Shown here: positions 27,831-42,320 of the stretch, one piece after another
Layout: the number at the start of each line of letters is the position of its first letter
Numbering within the stretch: the stretch's first letter is position 1
DNA from: Eledone cirrhosa
Taxonomy: Eukaryota
Length of the DNA: 64,000 bases
Assembly: GCA_964016885.1 (NCBI GenBank)
Contig: OZ024753.1
Coordinates: 4,588,001-4,652,000 of the forward strand
Direction of reading: 5' to 3'
The notes under the pieces: generated by a model
What the model saw: the letters and a program-made list of their open reading frames with translations, nothing else
Told to the model about the DNA's origin: nothing
The model's database searches: none
Position numbers and translations under genes: made by a program

Positions 27831-28402
27831 TAGCTAGCCAACCTCAAGTACTTCCCTGTCAACTCTGTATGGGAAATAGCATTAGGAAAACCAGAAGAGA
27901 CTGAAATTACAAATCAATATCTATTTTGTGGGAATGGAATAAAGAAATTAATTACACCTAATCTAATACGAAATATTAAAAATATAATAACAATACAAAT
28001 AAGTTTTCCGAGATTGATTCTGGGATTACAGTGAACATGAGAGCAAAAGGATGTGCTATTTCCCCGTAGAACGCATGTATTACATTCACTAAAATATCAA
28101 AATTAGTTATAACGGTATTGACTGCAATTTCACAATAATGCACAACGATTGCTTCTACCTAACAGGTGAGTCATAGGAAGAAGCAGAAACGAGTAATCCT
28201 GGGAAGATACAGAGTGTTATACATAGACAAAAATATTGATGTGCTTTGAAAATTCTGATTAGTGTCTACATCTCAATAATTTGGCTTCTGAAGCGATTGC
28301 AAAATAATGCATTAATTAACAACTTCACATTTCTTTTTTATTATTACATTTCTATATTACATATATATATATGTGTGTGTGTCTGTGTGAGTGTGTGTCT
28401 CG

Positions 28403-28438
<36 letters not shown>

Positions 28439-28480
28439 GTATATGTGTGTGTGTGGGGGGGGGTATATATATACATATAA

Positions 28481-28513
<33 letters not shown>

Positions 28514-30546
28514 TGAGGGGAGGTTCAGACAGAGTGTGACGTAGATAGATATCATACATCTATCTCTTCATCTTAATTTTCATTGAAAAGTATTTTAAAT
28601 GGCCATTGTTCTCTAACATGATGGGTATAGAAGCCATCTGATATTTATTAAAAAATTAGACATGACTTATGCTCCTCTCACCCATATTAATATAACCGTT
28701 CATCCGCTATAGAAATAAAAAGCTGAAGACGAATATTAATAAAGATTATTATCTCGTACATCTCATTATGTACATACATTTGTTCTTCATTGTTTTATCC
28801 CAGCTCAGTCCTTGTTGATCAAACTCTTGGTCAAAGACGTTTTAGACATGGTCATCTATTCATACCACGAGGTATATGCAGCCCCATTGCATTATATCTT
28901 TTTTAAAGCTTCTACTTTGTTATTGACGGTGATTTGACTGTTATGTGTAGATGTAAAAACATACTGCCAACATGTTCAATTTAATGTGGGTGTTATGCAT
29001 GCGTGTGACGGCGAAATAGTTTAAATATATATATTTATGATAAAACACCGTACATACATGAATATTTAGGATGTTACAGAAATATTCCCCTGTATATAAA
29101 TTTATAAATCCCTGGAAAAAAACAAAGCAGTTATTAATAAAAGGTTTTGTAATTAATGCATGCAATATTCCACAGCTCAAGCATTGCTCTTTCATAGTCA
29201 GCTTATGAACTTATGAGAATATTGTGTTCTAATGCACGAAAATTATTTAATTTTCTTTAAAGTGAAAATATTTCTGTATGATTTAAGACGTTTTAACGCT
29301 TTAACAGACGTTTTAACAGAATCTATTCTCATATTTACATTAGAACGGTAGGGAGTCGGATAAATTTCACACCTTTAAAATACCGAGGATTAAAATTTAC
29401 AAATCACTAGAAAATTTCAATTCTCTCTTTCAGCATATTAACTGGAATTTGTTTAACTGAATATGTAAGACACGGTATTTACGAGCACCTGGTATTCTGT
29501 CTCATTCTACAGTTCAACTGTTAAAGAAAAATCCGTATTTTCTCCATTTAAGGATTTGGACACAATACTCTCACACGTTGGTTTTGTCTCGAATGAGCAA
29601 CTTATCCTTAGAATCCCGTGTCTTGAGACGCATGAGGCACATAAAGTGCTCCAATGACCACAGTCAGTTGAATCTATCAATACATTTTTCCAAAATATGT
29701 TGGCGGGTTTCAGGTGCCTGTCTATTATCTGGCTCCAGTTCAGCTGGAGACGTGCTCTTCGCCTCATTCTAACAATTCTCTACTAGGTTTCGTTTCAGTA
29801 ACCAGCTCTGCATCTCTGTAGATTCAGAAAATACGTTTAACTTGATAAGTTACTAAACATCTACAAATTCTAAGTAGTACCTCATTTTTCCACATTAATA
29901 CTGCGCTCTCTGCTGCTTTTGAAACATCGGAATTCTATTAATTTAAACATTATTTTCGTAAAATTTTCAAAAGAATATTTCTTCGCTTATTCAATTTTAC
30001 TTCTGTTGTCCGATCATAATCTCTTAAAATCTATGTTCCAATTAGTAATTGTCGGTTTTTCAATTTCATATCAGTTATTTCTCAATTTTACACAATAGTG
30101 GCCGAGAGATTTTTTTTAATGAGCATCACCACTGTGCAGAGTTCTTTAGTACAAATTATTGTAGAAATCGGACATCTTTAAAAGAAACATGTTTACGTTT
30201 CTTAATTACGTCTATCCTCATTATTGGGGGTGTTTTAATAATCGCTTCTAGTCATATTTATTCAATAGAAAACGTCTAAATGGTTGTGTTAGTCTTACCT
30301 TTGTGTGTGTGTGGACCTACAAGATTTAATTGCATTTATATAAATTGATGCAATTAATTCCTCATATTTACACACATTTACATGTACACACATAATCACA
30401 TATACATAATGGAAATTTAATGTGTATGTAAATGAGCATATATATATGAGCATATATATATATGAGTCTATATAAATGAGTGTCTATATGAGGGAGAGTA
30501 AGATAGGGCAAGGAAGAATTATTTGGAGAAAGAGAGAAATAGAGCG

Positions 30547-30626
<80 letters not shown>

Positions 30627-31400
30627 GGAAGAGTGAGGGAAACAAAGAGAGAGAAAGTACGAAGAAAAAAAAATAGAGAAATTGAAAGGGAATGGGGGAG
30701 TAACTGGCAGAAAAAGAAATAATTAAGGATTAAAGAAAAAATTTATTTTATTTTAGAAAAGAATACAATGTACAATTCTGTCATTTTTATTAATCTGTTT
30801 GGAATTATACTTCTCTCAGTAGTATTTTATATACTTCCAGTTTTTCTCTGTCTTTTCGTTAATTCGTTGAAAATAGCTACGGTGTTTGAAGACAAATAGA
30901 CACTCTCTCATATATATATATATATACATAGATACATATATACGTACACAAACACACATACAAACAAACACGCCCGAAAACGCACCATACATACACACAC
31001 ACAGAGACACTCATATAAACACACTCAAGCACACGCATACATTTGCATTCCATATGAAATCTATTGTCATTATTTAAACTCATGCCCTTTAAGAATTCCA
31101 TTGTATATATAATTTTATAATTAATATCATGACCATCATTCATCGTACATTGATGTTGTTGTCTATTATGAGCTACGCGCTATCAGTACTTCTGTGAATA
31201 TCCCAAGGGGTTGCGATGAATATCTTTTATTCTATAAACTATAGAGGGAACATAATTAAGTTTGTAATACATGTTTATAATTGTTTGGGAATATATATGC
31301 TATTAATCTATACATCTAAATTAATATCCAATTAATCGAATGCAGTGACATAGCAGTTATTTTAGAGTGCTGCCCTATAGGCATTATCGCATTTAATTTC

Positions 31401-31583
31401 GGTGGATTGGCAGTATCGGTAGAGAGTCGGACGCCATGCTTTGACACATAGAGTTACGGCCCTTTATGATCTGAGTTCAAATCCCGCCGAGGTTAATTTT
31501 GCCTTTCATCCTTTCGGGGTCGATAAAATAAAGTACCAGTAATGCACTGGGTAATTGCTGGCCTTGTGCCTAAAGTAGAAACA
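31401..31583 (+). mobile_element. tRNA-derived SINE with 18-bp TSD
   Basis: TSD ATTATCG(C/T)ATTTAATTTC at 31383-31400 and 31584-31601. Confidence 0.9.
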
Positions 31584-33419
31584 ATTATCGTATTTAATTT
31601 CAAACCTACGAACATTGCCTTCATATTTCATCCATTTGTCAGAGATACACTGAATTTTGTACATGCGTTTACGCCTGTATTCCCTCTTACAGAATGTTCA
31701 CAGTATGATTACGTAGGAAACCGACAATTTAAAGTCTCACTCATAAAGGCTCACCATGTCTATGCTTATTTTGTTCCTTTGCGTTATGTGTCTGGAGTAA
31801 TAAGACTTCTCACTCGACAGGAGGCCAGTCCATTACACGTTATATATGAATGAGATGTTTGAATGTTCGTAATTAGAGGAAAGTGTATATGGAAATAACA
31901 CTTTTACCTAGTCTAAAGCGTTTACCGATATAACTGTAATGAATACATCTCATCTTACTGCGCCTGCTGAAAATAAGCTTCTATGACACCCATCTTTCCA
32001 ATCTGATCAACGAAATAAGCCTACCTTCAAAGGTGGCGGATCTTCAATCTAGGTTTAACGTTTGGCTTTTGCTTCCATTCAAGAACTCATTTTCCCCTCG
32101 CTTAATCCATATTAATTTTTTCACCCGTTACTCAATGGCATGCTGAACGTATTCCTGTGTTGTCTCAGAATTAGAGAAGCTTCTAAATATCTGCATTCTT
32201 AAAACTATATCTCTTTACATAATATAACTCCTAATAGCATAGCATAAGGTTATAAAAGGGATAAACTGTTACATAGAAGATGAAATATGTAAATACAAAT
32301 ATCAAAATTCACAATGTTTTATTCCAAATGATGCAAACATTAACATGATTACCGTTCTTCAAAATACGATCAAAATATTGTTTGGTTTCTGATTTCTCCA
32401 AGATCATTATCAGCTTAATGTTTATGCAAACGCCTGTGCCCGGTTCACGTAACACGAAAATGTTATTTACACTAAGAATTTTATATCAGGCAGCTGAATA
32501 AAATTATATAATGCTGATTGTAATCAAATATATTGAATTAAATAGAATAACAAATAACGGTTTTCTATTGACCAGACACAATGGGCTCATATGAAGTCTC
32601 AATCTTAGCTCAATCCAGTATTCATACGAGGTAAGCCGGGGGCGTACACTCATCGTTAAAGAAAGAATCGAGTAATGTTTCTGTCTTTCAAATTCGATGG
32701 ATTGTGTGGCGTATACGGTCTATGTATATGTTTAATTTTGTGGATGTGGATGTGATTATACCCCAGCAGAATGCACTTCGACATTACTTTTTCTATCGAA
32801 TTACTCAGAGTGCGATCAAAAGTCACCGATCTCCCTCCAAGCTGGCTAGGTGGTGTTGTGGACTTTAGTTACATAATATTATCCTCAGCTGTCGAGAGTG
32901 GCCTGTTGCACCGACCTATATATATCGAGTGCTGCTGGTAAGAAACAACCCAATATAAACGAATAATGGCTCAGGCACTTGCTGCAGAAAAGGCTGATTT
33001 GTCACAACTGGCGAACAAGGAAATCACAACTGGTCACTGGTGTATGCTAGAAAGGTCATTATACAATAGTCAACGCTGAGTAAAACGCCAGTTAAAACAT
33101 TTCAAATAATATCAATTACATCTCCCTTTGAACAGCAGTCTTAATGTTTAATAGTATATATATATACGTGTGTGTGGGGGGAGGGGTGCATCTGTGTGTG
33201 TGCGTATGGGTGTCCATGTCTATTCATGTATGTTTAAGCTACGCACGTTGGTGATACAAGAGATAAAAAATTGATAAATTATGTTCTACAGTTAAAAGAT
33301 AAAATTCCAGGTGAATATGTCCGAGTGATCAAATGTGTGGTTACTTGAATATGAATACATACTTATAACAGTGGTATCTCAGTTTATAGGTAATGAATAG
33401 GAACAGACGGAGTATAATT

Positions 33420-33925
33420 TCGTGAACACTTCAGGCCTGTCATCCTCACGTCTCAAAACATACGCAAATTTTCTTTCTTCAGCCTCTCTCCGAGCTGTGT
33501 ATACCACTCGCTTAGTTTCTTTCTTAGCTACTTGGTACCAGTCTGGCTGGTGCTTTACCCCAGTCACAAGTTCGCCAGTTGTTTGCAAAACTTTATTGCA
33601 TAAAAATGTCCAGATGTCTTCTACATTATATGTCTCTAACTTGTCCTCCCTCCCATCAAGTGCATCCTGTAGGGCTTTTATAGGCCTATATTTAACCGAG
33701 AGATCCTTTAGCTTCCAAACCCACCGTCTCCATACTGTGTGTATTTTGTTTCCTGTGTGTATTTTGTTTATTTTGATGTCACTAACAACTAAGTAGATCT
33801 GGGCAATGCATTACAGTCCTTAGTATTACAGTCCGCTTTCCTTGTTGTCTACCAAGTAATCAATGTTGGTTCTTTGTTCACCTGGGTGATATGAAATCAG
33901 GTAGTTGGCTGGTTTACTGAAAATT
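33420..33925 (-). pseudogene. RTE-like LINE fragment (end of the endonuclease domain and linker)
   Basis: Encodes YLISYHPGEQRTNIDYL (AP-endonuclease end), then a WKLKD-type motif and YQVAKKETKRVVYTARREAE..EDDRPEVF. Confidence 0.65.
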
Positions 33926-34020
33926 ATATATATATATATATATATACGTATAAGCATCGGCATACATGTATGTAGAAAAAGACACACAGAAATATATATA
34001 TATGCATGTATATAAATAAA

Positions 34021-34330
34021 AATCATAAGAAGAATAGAAGAAGTAACACATTTTGTTAATCCTCCTTTCATTTTAAATGTTTCCACCAACATATCTAAAG
34101 CTCTCTTCTTAATTATAGAAAAAAACTTCCCTATTCACCATAAATACCATAACCTAATTAACAAAAATACTATTAAAATCTCTTACTCTACCACACCTAA
34201 CATTGCAGTCCATATAGCTAGCAGTAACAAGAAAATGAGTAAATACTTCAAATTACACCAAGCTAATAATTTTCAGCATAGAAATAACCTCAACAATAAC
34301 TCAGTGCAGGACTATATTGGAAATAATAGT
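34021..34330 (+). pseudogene. Penelope-like element RT thumb/linker fragment (Neptune-like)
   Basis: From 34052 it reads FVNPPFILNVSTNISKALFLIIEKNFPIHHKYHNLINKNTIKISYSTTPNIAVHIASSNKK. This matches the PLE motif WFNPP....V.TN....F..L....FP..H....IFN.N..K.SYS..PN....I..HN.K. It is flanked upstream by TA-rich repeat. Confidence 0.8.
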
Positions 34331-34550
34331 AATAATACATACATACACACACGTATGTACATGGGCGGCGTCTATGTACATAGAATGATGCTTCAATTGT
34401 ATATTATTTCATTAAAGGCTTCGTTTAAACGTTTCTCAAAATGAGATACCAATCATACAATATATGACAGATAACACTCATGATTTTGTTGTTGCAGGTG
34501 GTGCTTCAGAGGATAGAGACGCATATACATAAAGCTATACATACATAAAT

Positions 34551-34611
<61 letters not shown>

Positions 34612-34617
<6 letters not shown>

Positions 34618-34781
34618 TAACAGATTAAAGTTTCAGCAAAGAATCGGTGAAAGCAGTGATTATTTGCTTAAACTTTATTCTGTTATTTTAATAAATATTT
34701 GCTCTACGGTTCCTATATATTTGATTTATATTTATCCTTATCGAGCCCTCTTTGGATTTTAGTCTTCAAATTTATTATTAT

Positions 34782-34785
<4 letters not shown>
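34612..34785. mobile_element. Rearranged 48561-family pLTR with short 5' inversion, in (TA)n
   Basis: 34612-34644 is the reverse complement of the following segment. It continues GGTGAAAGCAG...TTTTAATAAATA-TTTGCTCTACGG...CTTCAAATTTATTATTATTAC(TA)n. Confidence 0.75.
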
Positions 34786-34837
<52 letters not shown>

Positions 34838-35166
34838 TTGTGTGTGTGTGTGTATGTGTGTGTATATATATATATACATATATATATCCGTGATATACAT
34901 ATATCCGTATGATAATTTGAAGCGTCTTCCATATCCCCTTACATTTAAATATACATTATATTAATAATACATATATAACAATGAAATTAGAATGTATCAA
35001 ACATTAATAGTAATGTTCGATTCGTTTGTAAACAAACGGCCGGATATGAAGCTGTACCGTGACGGCGACCGATCGTCCCCTGTTTGAGGAACAATCAACA
35101 TGTTTCTGGGACATAATGTTCGATATAACCCATACATACATATGTATATATGTGTGTGCATGTATA

Positions 35167-35232
<66 letters not shown>

Positions 35233-35528
35233 TGTGCATACTTACATTTATGTATCAGCTGTACTAGGACGAGAAATAAAATTCTAATTTTATTTTCAAT
35301 ATTCGGTAAGGCCAGCCGTAACTCACTCGGTGTGTAAATGAGGCTACTCAACCAATGTGAACTTCAGAAAATACTATATATATTCAAGCGAACAAATTGG
35401 CAAAGGTACACAGTCCTGGTTAAGGCTAATGACCCAGGAACATGTTGATTGTTCCTCAAAGCCAGTGTTGAACAAACAGGTGACGATCGTTCACCGGTAC
35501 GGCACAGATTCAAAGTAATCGATCATTT

Positions 35529-35722
35529 GGTGAATTGGCAGTATCGGTAGAGGGTCGGACGCTATGCTTTGACGCATAGAAGTTACGGCCCTTGCCATTC
35601 TGAGTTCAAATCCCGCCGAGGTTAACTTTGCCTTTCATCATTAAGGGGTCGATAAAATAAAGTACCAGTAATACACTGGGGTAATTGCTGGCCTTGTGTC
35701 AAAACTAGAAACAATTATTATT
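35529..35722 (+). mobile_element. tRNA-derived SINE
   Basis: Full-length main-family copy ending GAAACAATTATTATT. Confidence 0.9.
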
Positions 35723-35761
35723 AATGCTTGATATAACCCATACGTACATATGTATATCTAG

Positions 35762-35831
<70 letters not shown>

Positions 35832-36325
35832 GTGCGTGTGTCTGTGTGTGTATCTGTGTGTCAGTGTGTGTGTATGTACGTGTACATACAGTCATAGATA
35901 TATATTTATATGTGTGTATATATCGTGCTAAGAAAACTAAATCAGTTGAGCCAAAGGCATATATTCATCTTAGCTACACTGTAGTAACTCATTTACTATT
36001 GTGAAATAAAACTGCGATCGCGGAATGTTTATAGTAATATTTGAGCAGATGCAGCTGCCTAAATAATTCAGTCAAGACATTTTTTTGTTTTAGCAACTTC
36101 TTACATATACTCACATCGCAATGTTGTATCTGTATTCATATAGTAAGTGTACACAAAAGCTGTGGATGTTTGAAACATGAGATTTACACCACAACCTGAT
36201 GTCTCTGGGTTCAATACCTTTTTGTGCTATATTCAATGTATGTTTTCTATTATTGAAAAAGTGTAAACAATACCTTATTGATTAAATTACATTATCTTTG
36301 TGGAGGTTTGGAACTAATTATATAG

Positions 36326-36507
36326 GGTTCTGATTTAGGCACAAGGCAAGCACTTTTGTGGGAGAGGAAAGTCGATTTCATCGACGCCGTAAGTATGAAA
36401 GACAAGGCTTTCCTCGGTGGGATTTGAACTCAGAACATAAAAAAGACGTGACTCTATACTACAAAGCATGGTCTCCGACACTTTACCTATACTGCCAATC
36501 CACCACC
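36326..36507 (-). mobile_element. tRNA-derived SINE (diverged)
   Basis: TTTAGGCACAAGG...GGGATTTGAACTCAGAAC...ACTGCCAATCCACC. Confidence 0.75.
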
Positions 36508-37498
36508 CGAATTATATTACTGTGTATTAAGTATACCATATCGTATGTTGTACGTGATCTATTCTGTTGATGTATTTCAATGTTTAATCACTTCACAAGA
36601 GCTCTTGGATAATATGAGGTTTAATTTGTGTTTTAATCAAATACAATACATTTAAATGTACTTATAGTTTGCACAAAACAAACGTGTTATCAATTAAACT
36701 ATAAAATACATATGAGGAAATAGAGAAATATGTATTTTCACCTACATACGTTTATCTGGTTGATCCATTTTTCTTCGGATAAATTGGCTTTCAACCTTCC
36801 GAAAACGTGTTTGGTGGGGAGAGTGAAATCAACATACAACAAAATATCTCGAGCCACCATCCCCATTTTGAATAATAATGTTGAGAGAATTCGTATTTGT
36901 AGTTCATGAATAGACATGAGGTGTGTTTTTGTATGTATTTTATATCGTACGCCTGTATCTATTAAATATGAATGTGAGATTGATGTTAAATTTCACTCCG
37001 AGAATTATTTCCTCACTAATGACAACTAGAGCTCAATGTGAAAGCAACTGAGACAACTTGGCAACTCAGATGTCAAGAAGATGTCAGGAGGAATAATATA
37101 ACGCGTAAATGATGCAGTAACATTAGAAAATATATAAACCTCATTCTGAACCTAGTAATACATATAGGAGTTGTTTAGTCACCATTAATAACGCTTATTT
37201 GTTTTTTTATACTGCAGAAAGTGGTATCTAATGCATATTAAAACACTTTTCCGATACCTCAGACATTCATTTCATCCTACATAAATCACCACTATGCAAA
37301 TACATAGTATTTAAGCAGATGTTTACACTTCTACATAGACGCTTTATATTTTCTAATGGGCTGCAATTTGTTAGACAGGAACCATTTAACGTAATGGCGC
37401 GGTATGCGAGAGGAGGTGCGGTTTTCGATTCGTCACAAGTTCCACTGATAATTTTTCGTCATCTGTCTCCTGGGTTATGTTATCTGATTTTTTCAACT

Positions 37499-37591
<93 letters not shown>

Positions 37592-37667
37592 GCAGGGGGT
37601 GTTTCTGTGTATGTATATATATAAAAATATAAATATATAAATACAAATATATATGTGTGTGTGTGTG

Positions 37668-37915
37668 TAAAAGGTAAACAGGAATAACAACATAATCGGT
37701 ACATTATATGGCAGGAATATATTAATTTAACGCTTGAAATAGCAGGAAGAGGGTCATAAAGATTCGGACACTAGTCCTTCATCAGAAGAAAGAATGAGAA
37801 ATTAGAAAGATTGAAGGGAGGGGCATGGCGGAATCGGAAAAAATGTTTTTAGAGAAAAATAACAGGTCTATTCGTGTTGCCATCTCTTGGAAAACTGTTG
37901 ATGCTGGCGTTTTGT
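37668..37915 (-). mobile_element. PLE 3' remnant with degenerate hammerhead (37754-37789)
   Basis: The minus strand has KRWQHE*TCYFSLKTFFP (similar to a GIY-YIG C-terminus), then TCTT-CTGATGA-A-GGAC tagt GTCC-GAAT-CTT-TA-TGA. Confidence 0.55.
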
Positions 37916-38128
37916 GCATGATATATATATATATATCGAGCATCTGATGCGAGAAAAACCACAAATTCTTCATCTCAATTCTACTTTTGAAAAGCATAAA
38001 AATTGTGAAACCGGTAAAGGAAACAAATAAATAATCTTAAAAAGACTCCAGTTGCATTTTCAATTTCATCTTTTTTCCTTATACTTTCACTCGTGTTTTT
38101 TTACATTTAAAAAAAGAAACCTCACTTT

Positions 38129-38169
<41 letters not shown>

Positions 38170-38663
38170 GAACCAGCGGGAGGACACTTTCACAACCCCT
38201 TTCTAAAACACTCCTTGAACACCCCACACCTCAACACCTCCCAACTACACTTTCAATCAATTATCTTGCTTTTACCATTCACTATCTGCTTTCGCCATTC
38301 AATATCTGCTTTCACCTCTTGTATGTATATATATATATGCTTTAATTCCTTCAATTCTTCATCAACATCCTTCACTTCCACCATCATTGACACCCCATCC
38401 CCAGACACATATATAGAGTCACACAACACAACACAACCTGAGATCATTTTGTCAATCGCCACCGACGAATGCGGGAAGGTTCTACAGGAAAGTTAACCAG
38501 GGATCTTTAAAAAATCTCCCCACCGAAGTTAACAATGAACTTACTAGATCTAAATATATATAATATTATTATATATAATATTATAAAATTAGATTATTAG
38601 ATTGTTTAGAACTTCATGTGAAGTCATTCTTTAAATATATATATATATATATATATACATATA

Positions 38664-38763
<100 letters not shown>

Positions 38764-39493
38764 AATGTTATTAGTATCTTATTTGCTTTTGAGATATTGA
38801 TAAAATAACAGACTAAATACATGGGTCGATTTAATTAGCTAGACAACCTTTTAGGCGGTCTCCTGGCATATGTAAAAGACAATGATTGAAAACAGTATGG
38901 GAAGGATAAATGCCTGAGGATTTTGCAAGTGGCGACGCAGTCAGTTGCTGTTGGTTTAGCAACATAATTTCATTTATGTTTGTAGCCTCTCTTACCACCA
39001 AGTTCAATATTTATCTGTCACCTTCTGTCCACGTCATCACTTTGTAAGTCTCCAATTATATGTTTGGTAAGTGATGTCTTGGTTCTGATTTCTATCGATA
39101 ACGAACATGTAAGTATTTTTCATTGCAAAAATATTGATATACAACAAATGTTGGCGACATAAGTTTACCTATGTAAATCAAATAAAGAGAAGCCTGGATT
39201 GTATTTTAGAATAACGTATCGATTTCTAGCAATTATGTAATCAGTTGGCTGTGATATTTTTTTCAAACATGTGACTTCCCATGAATGGAAATCTAATGTA
39301 ACAAATTCAATTTTTGGTAAACTATCTGCTTGGTCTCTTTCAAATATTATTACTTGTGGCTTTGATCGAAAAAATTCTGGATTTGACACTTTCTATGTAT
39401 TATGTACATATGTACATACAGTCATATAGACAAACGCACAAAACTTCACATACATACACACATACACACACACTCACACACACACATACACAA

Positions 39494-39570
<77 letters not shown>

Positions 39571-39808
39571 CATATATATATAAGGGATAACAAAATATCG
39601 TTATAGGTAATCCAGTTAGAGGTTGTGAACACTTCTTATTATGGATAGTTTTAGCGTACGGATTGAGATAGCAACGCATTTGAAATTGAGTGGCACTGCT
39701 TCTAGTGTTCAGCAATTTTTAGACAACTTAATCAGAGAAACAATTGTTAGACTGTAAATAAATCCCCTTTTTTGTACTGTTGACCATGTTATTCTTCACT
39801 TTTTCAAT

Positions 39809-39840
<32 letters not shown>

Positions 39841-40484
39841 TAAATATATATATAGAGAGAGAGAGAGAAGGGAGGGAGAGCGAGAGAGATAAAATATGTA
39901 TGCATATATCTGCATACATCTTTATATATTTATATAAATATGTGTGTGTGTGCGTACTCGTGTGTATGCGTGTGCGGGGGTGTGTGTGTGTGTTTGTGTG
40001 CGTGTGTGTGTGTGTTTGTAAGAACGTAGGCTGGACGTGAGAAAATAAGAGATATACTGTTTTTTACACCATTGAATACATGCTAGTGCAAACACATCTT
40101 AAGTTATTTCCCTTGGCATAGTACTCTCATTTTAGAATTTATTATATTACAGTGTAAATTTCCTTTCTCTGTTGCCAGAAGGTCTGCAACTTGACAATAG
40201 ATAGTTCTGTATGTGTCGCTTTCGATTTTTTTCTTTTCATTTTTATCAAGCAATATAGTTTTAGAGGTGCTATTGATTAGCATAGGTGTTGCGTGTTATT
40301 AAATGACATCTTTCGATTTCTTTAATCTTCCTTTCATAATGACATTTGATATAATGTCAAATAAATGATGGAATTAATGAGAAAAAACATTTTAAATTAC
40401 TTCATTTCTATTTATCTATTTTTATTATCATTGCTGTTGTTGATTTCTTATTATTTATGTTAATATTGATCATGTAGTAGAATA

Positions 40485-40650
40485 GATGGCAGATTTGCAG
40501 AATAGGCTGTGGATTGATTGACAGAAACGGTAAAACATCACATTAAATATCTGGCGGTATTTTCTCCTGTACATATTGACTTCTCAGTTCAAATCGGGCC
40601 TAGGAGAAGTTTGACTTTAATCCGTTTGGGGTCGGCAAATATACCAGTCT
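40485..40650 (+). mobile_element. Degenerate tRNA-derived SINE
   Basis: AGTTCAAATC...TTTGACTTTAATCCGTTTGGGGTCGGCAAATATACCAGT. Confidence 0.6.
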
Positions 40651-41980
40651 AGAGCATACATGTGTGGAATTGTTAAAGTCGAGGACTAGATGTCATATAA
40701 TATATGTATACAGCTCATAATTGTTTGAGTTCAAATCCCCCAAGTAATTAAGTTAATAGATGTTACAACAAATTTTACTTGTGCAGGTATAAAGACATTA
40801 ACATTACAGTGTCATGTAGCTTCAAGTGTACCGCTTTATTTCTGTAATTAATCAGAAAATATTAATTTCATGTTTCTTATTTTCTTGAACTGCTGTAATC
40901 TCTATTGTTATAATTATCATAAGAGGCATTGTTGATGATGTCACTAGGTTACATTGTTTTAGTATGAAAACATCATTATTACTAAATTCCATGTATTGCA
41001 ATATTGTTTGCTGACTTGGTTCTCTAGTCATTTCTTATATTGTAATATTATCTCCTCACTTACTTTTAATTTAAATCCTCTGTTATTATTTCTAATAAAA
41101 TTAGTGGAAATATACGTTTTCTTTATATTTCCTGACTGAAAAAAATAAAGTCTTTCTTTCAGATTACAGTTCTCAAACAATGGAGTGACAGACGACGAAT
41201 AGGCCACACAATCAAAACAGAAAAAACAGTATAATCAAATTAAATTTTCTACTTTTGTATTTGAAATGCAAAGTGTGCTACTAAAACACAGAATTTTGCA
41301 TCAGGTGAAAAGAAATGTGTAGTGTTTTGTTATTGTCTTGTTGTGTTTTTGTGCTTTTCATTTTTGTTAGGCTTCTTTGCAGAAAATCAAATAAGTGCTT
41401 AAGCGAAACTCTTAAATTTTCTTTTGTCACATGTTGAACCTACTAAATATACACTGTGAAAAATGCGTCAAAGATACAATTACCTCAGAACACATCTATA
41501 ACTTAACAACTTTGCTATTTTAGAAAATAAATTTAACCACTAAAAGATCTCACTCGGGGAACACAAAAAGTCTTTGTTTTCGCGCTTTCATTCTTTTATA
41601 TACATATATTCCTTTATAATCTGTATTTAATTTCTAAAAGTAAATACTTCCTTCATATCCATTATAAACAATTTAATTCAATGTGTGAAATCCCTTGTTA
41701 TTTCTTTACTTTTAGAGCTATTTGCCTACGAATTTTCCTTGAAAGTCGCCTAGTGATATTTCCCATTTCAGCTGCACAGCATTGAAAACTAAGGGTGGGT
41801 TCAATTTGAAAATGTGTACAGTAATTTTCGTAGGTATTAATTTTAAAATCCATGTGAAAATTTACGTTATAATCGAATCCATGTAGCATATTTTTATGTA
41901 ACATACATATTCAGAAAGCCCTTGAGGACTAGTTCCGTGTATAAATTCCAATATCCCAGACGTTTGCATTATTTAGTGGG

Positions 41981-42320
41981 CAGTATCGGTAGTGCATCTG
42001 ACAAACTGCTTCATGGAATAGAATTACGGCCATTTACGTTCTGAGTTTAAACTTCGCCGAGGTTAGCATTGGGGTCCATTCAATCGACTTTCCCCTCCCT
42101 CAAAATTTGTTGGGCATGTGCCTAAAACAAAAACCATTATTATTTAATGGGCGATCGGTGGGCAGAATCGTTAGCGCTTTAAAGCATTTAATAACGGCCT
42201 TTTCGTTCTGAGTTCAAATCTCGCCTCGTTCAACTTTACTTTTCATCCTTCTATGGTCGATAAATTAAAGTATCTGTCAAATACAGGGGTCATAATAATC
42301 AACGATCCCCTTTCCCTTCC
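41981..42320 (+). mobile_element. Two tandem/nested tRNA-derived SINEs
   Basis: Copy 1 at 41981-42138 has a probable TSD ATTATTTA(G/A)TGGG. Copy 2 at about 42150-42320 begins GGCGATCGGTGGGCAGAATCGTTAGC. Confidence 0.75.
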
